Shown one piece after another: positions 63,601 through 64,000 of a DNA stretch of 64,000 bases. Source of the stretch: Dendrobates tinctorius (lineage: Eukaryota); the NCBI RefSeq assembly GCF_039654945.1, contig NW_027361696.1:86862001-86926000 (forward strand). Reading direction: 5' to 3'. Positions within the stretch are counted from its first letter, which is position 1. The number at the start of each line of letters is the position of its first letter. Position numbers and translations under genes: made by a program. Below the pieces are notes generated by a model. The model was not told where the DNA came from, did no database searches, and saw only the letters and a list, made by a program, of their open reading frames with translations.

Positions 63601-63827
63601 GCTCTCTTCATCACACTGGAAATGGACTATGCAACAGGCTGTAAAAGCACTATATGCTAAAAACGAGAATGGATAGCACTTCCAAAAACCATATATTGAT
63701 CTAATACCACTAGGCAAAAATATATATAACTGATCTTGAGGTTCTTAGTTTAGCATTATGATCAGACTGTATGAAGCCCACTGCCTTAGTTTAACATTCT
63801 GATCAGACTGTATGAAGCCCACTGCCA

Positions 63828-64000
63828 TGTTACGGCGAACCTCTCAGTGGTTCCTAACTTTTTTTGCCTAAAAGGAGTGACTTCATGCGTTAACCACCGT
63901 CGCAGCGACAATGCACCAGCATTTCTGGGGCTGATGTGGGCTGCTACTTTTAGGCTGGGCGTTTCCAGCCGGAGAATACTAAACCCCAGCTGTCTGCTTT
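63828..64000. mobile_element. Possible LTR start at the window edge
   Basis: TGTTACG start with an abrupt compositional change; other end not in the window. Confidence 0.3.

Overview
Eukaryotic, almost entirely transposable-element-derived DNA. The element mix (L1, CR1, Penelope-like, Tc1, hAT, Harbinger- and piggyBac-type MITEs, tRNA-SINEs, solo LTRs, TTAGGG repeats) suggests a vertebrate, probably an anuran amphibian; that assignment is inference. I could not support any host gene, RNA gene or CRISPR array. The core of the window is a nested stack. A full-length minus-strand L1 (10138-33660, 16-bp TSD) is interrupted by a Harbinger-type MITE, a CR1, a Penelope-like element carrying a SINE, and an IR/DR Tc1. 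The Tc1 contains an 8-kb hAT element (8-bp TSD) whose ~1177-codon transposase frame has three nonsense codons and no frameshift. That transposase is flanked by sequence-unrelated tandem arrays with 130, 130 and 259 bp periods, and a ~130-bp period recurs in decayed hAT relatives. Other notable structures are a 3.8-kb near-perfect foldback with the same hAT termini, a MITE carrying interstitial telomeric repeats, and minimal hammerhead-ribozyme motifs in Penelope-type LTR sequences. All coordinates were read by eye; those without a stated TSD or TIR are approximate.
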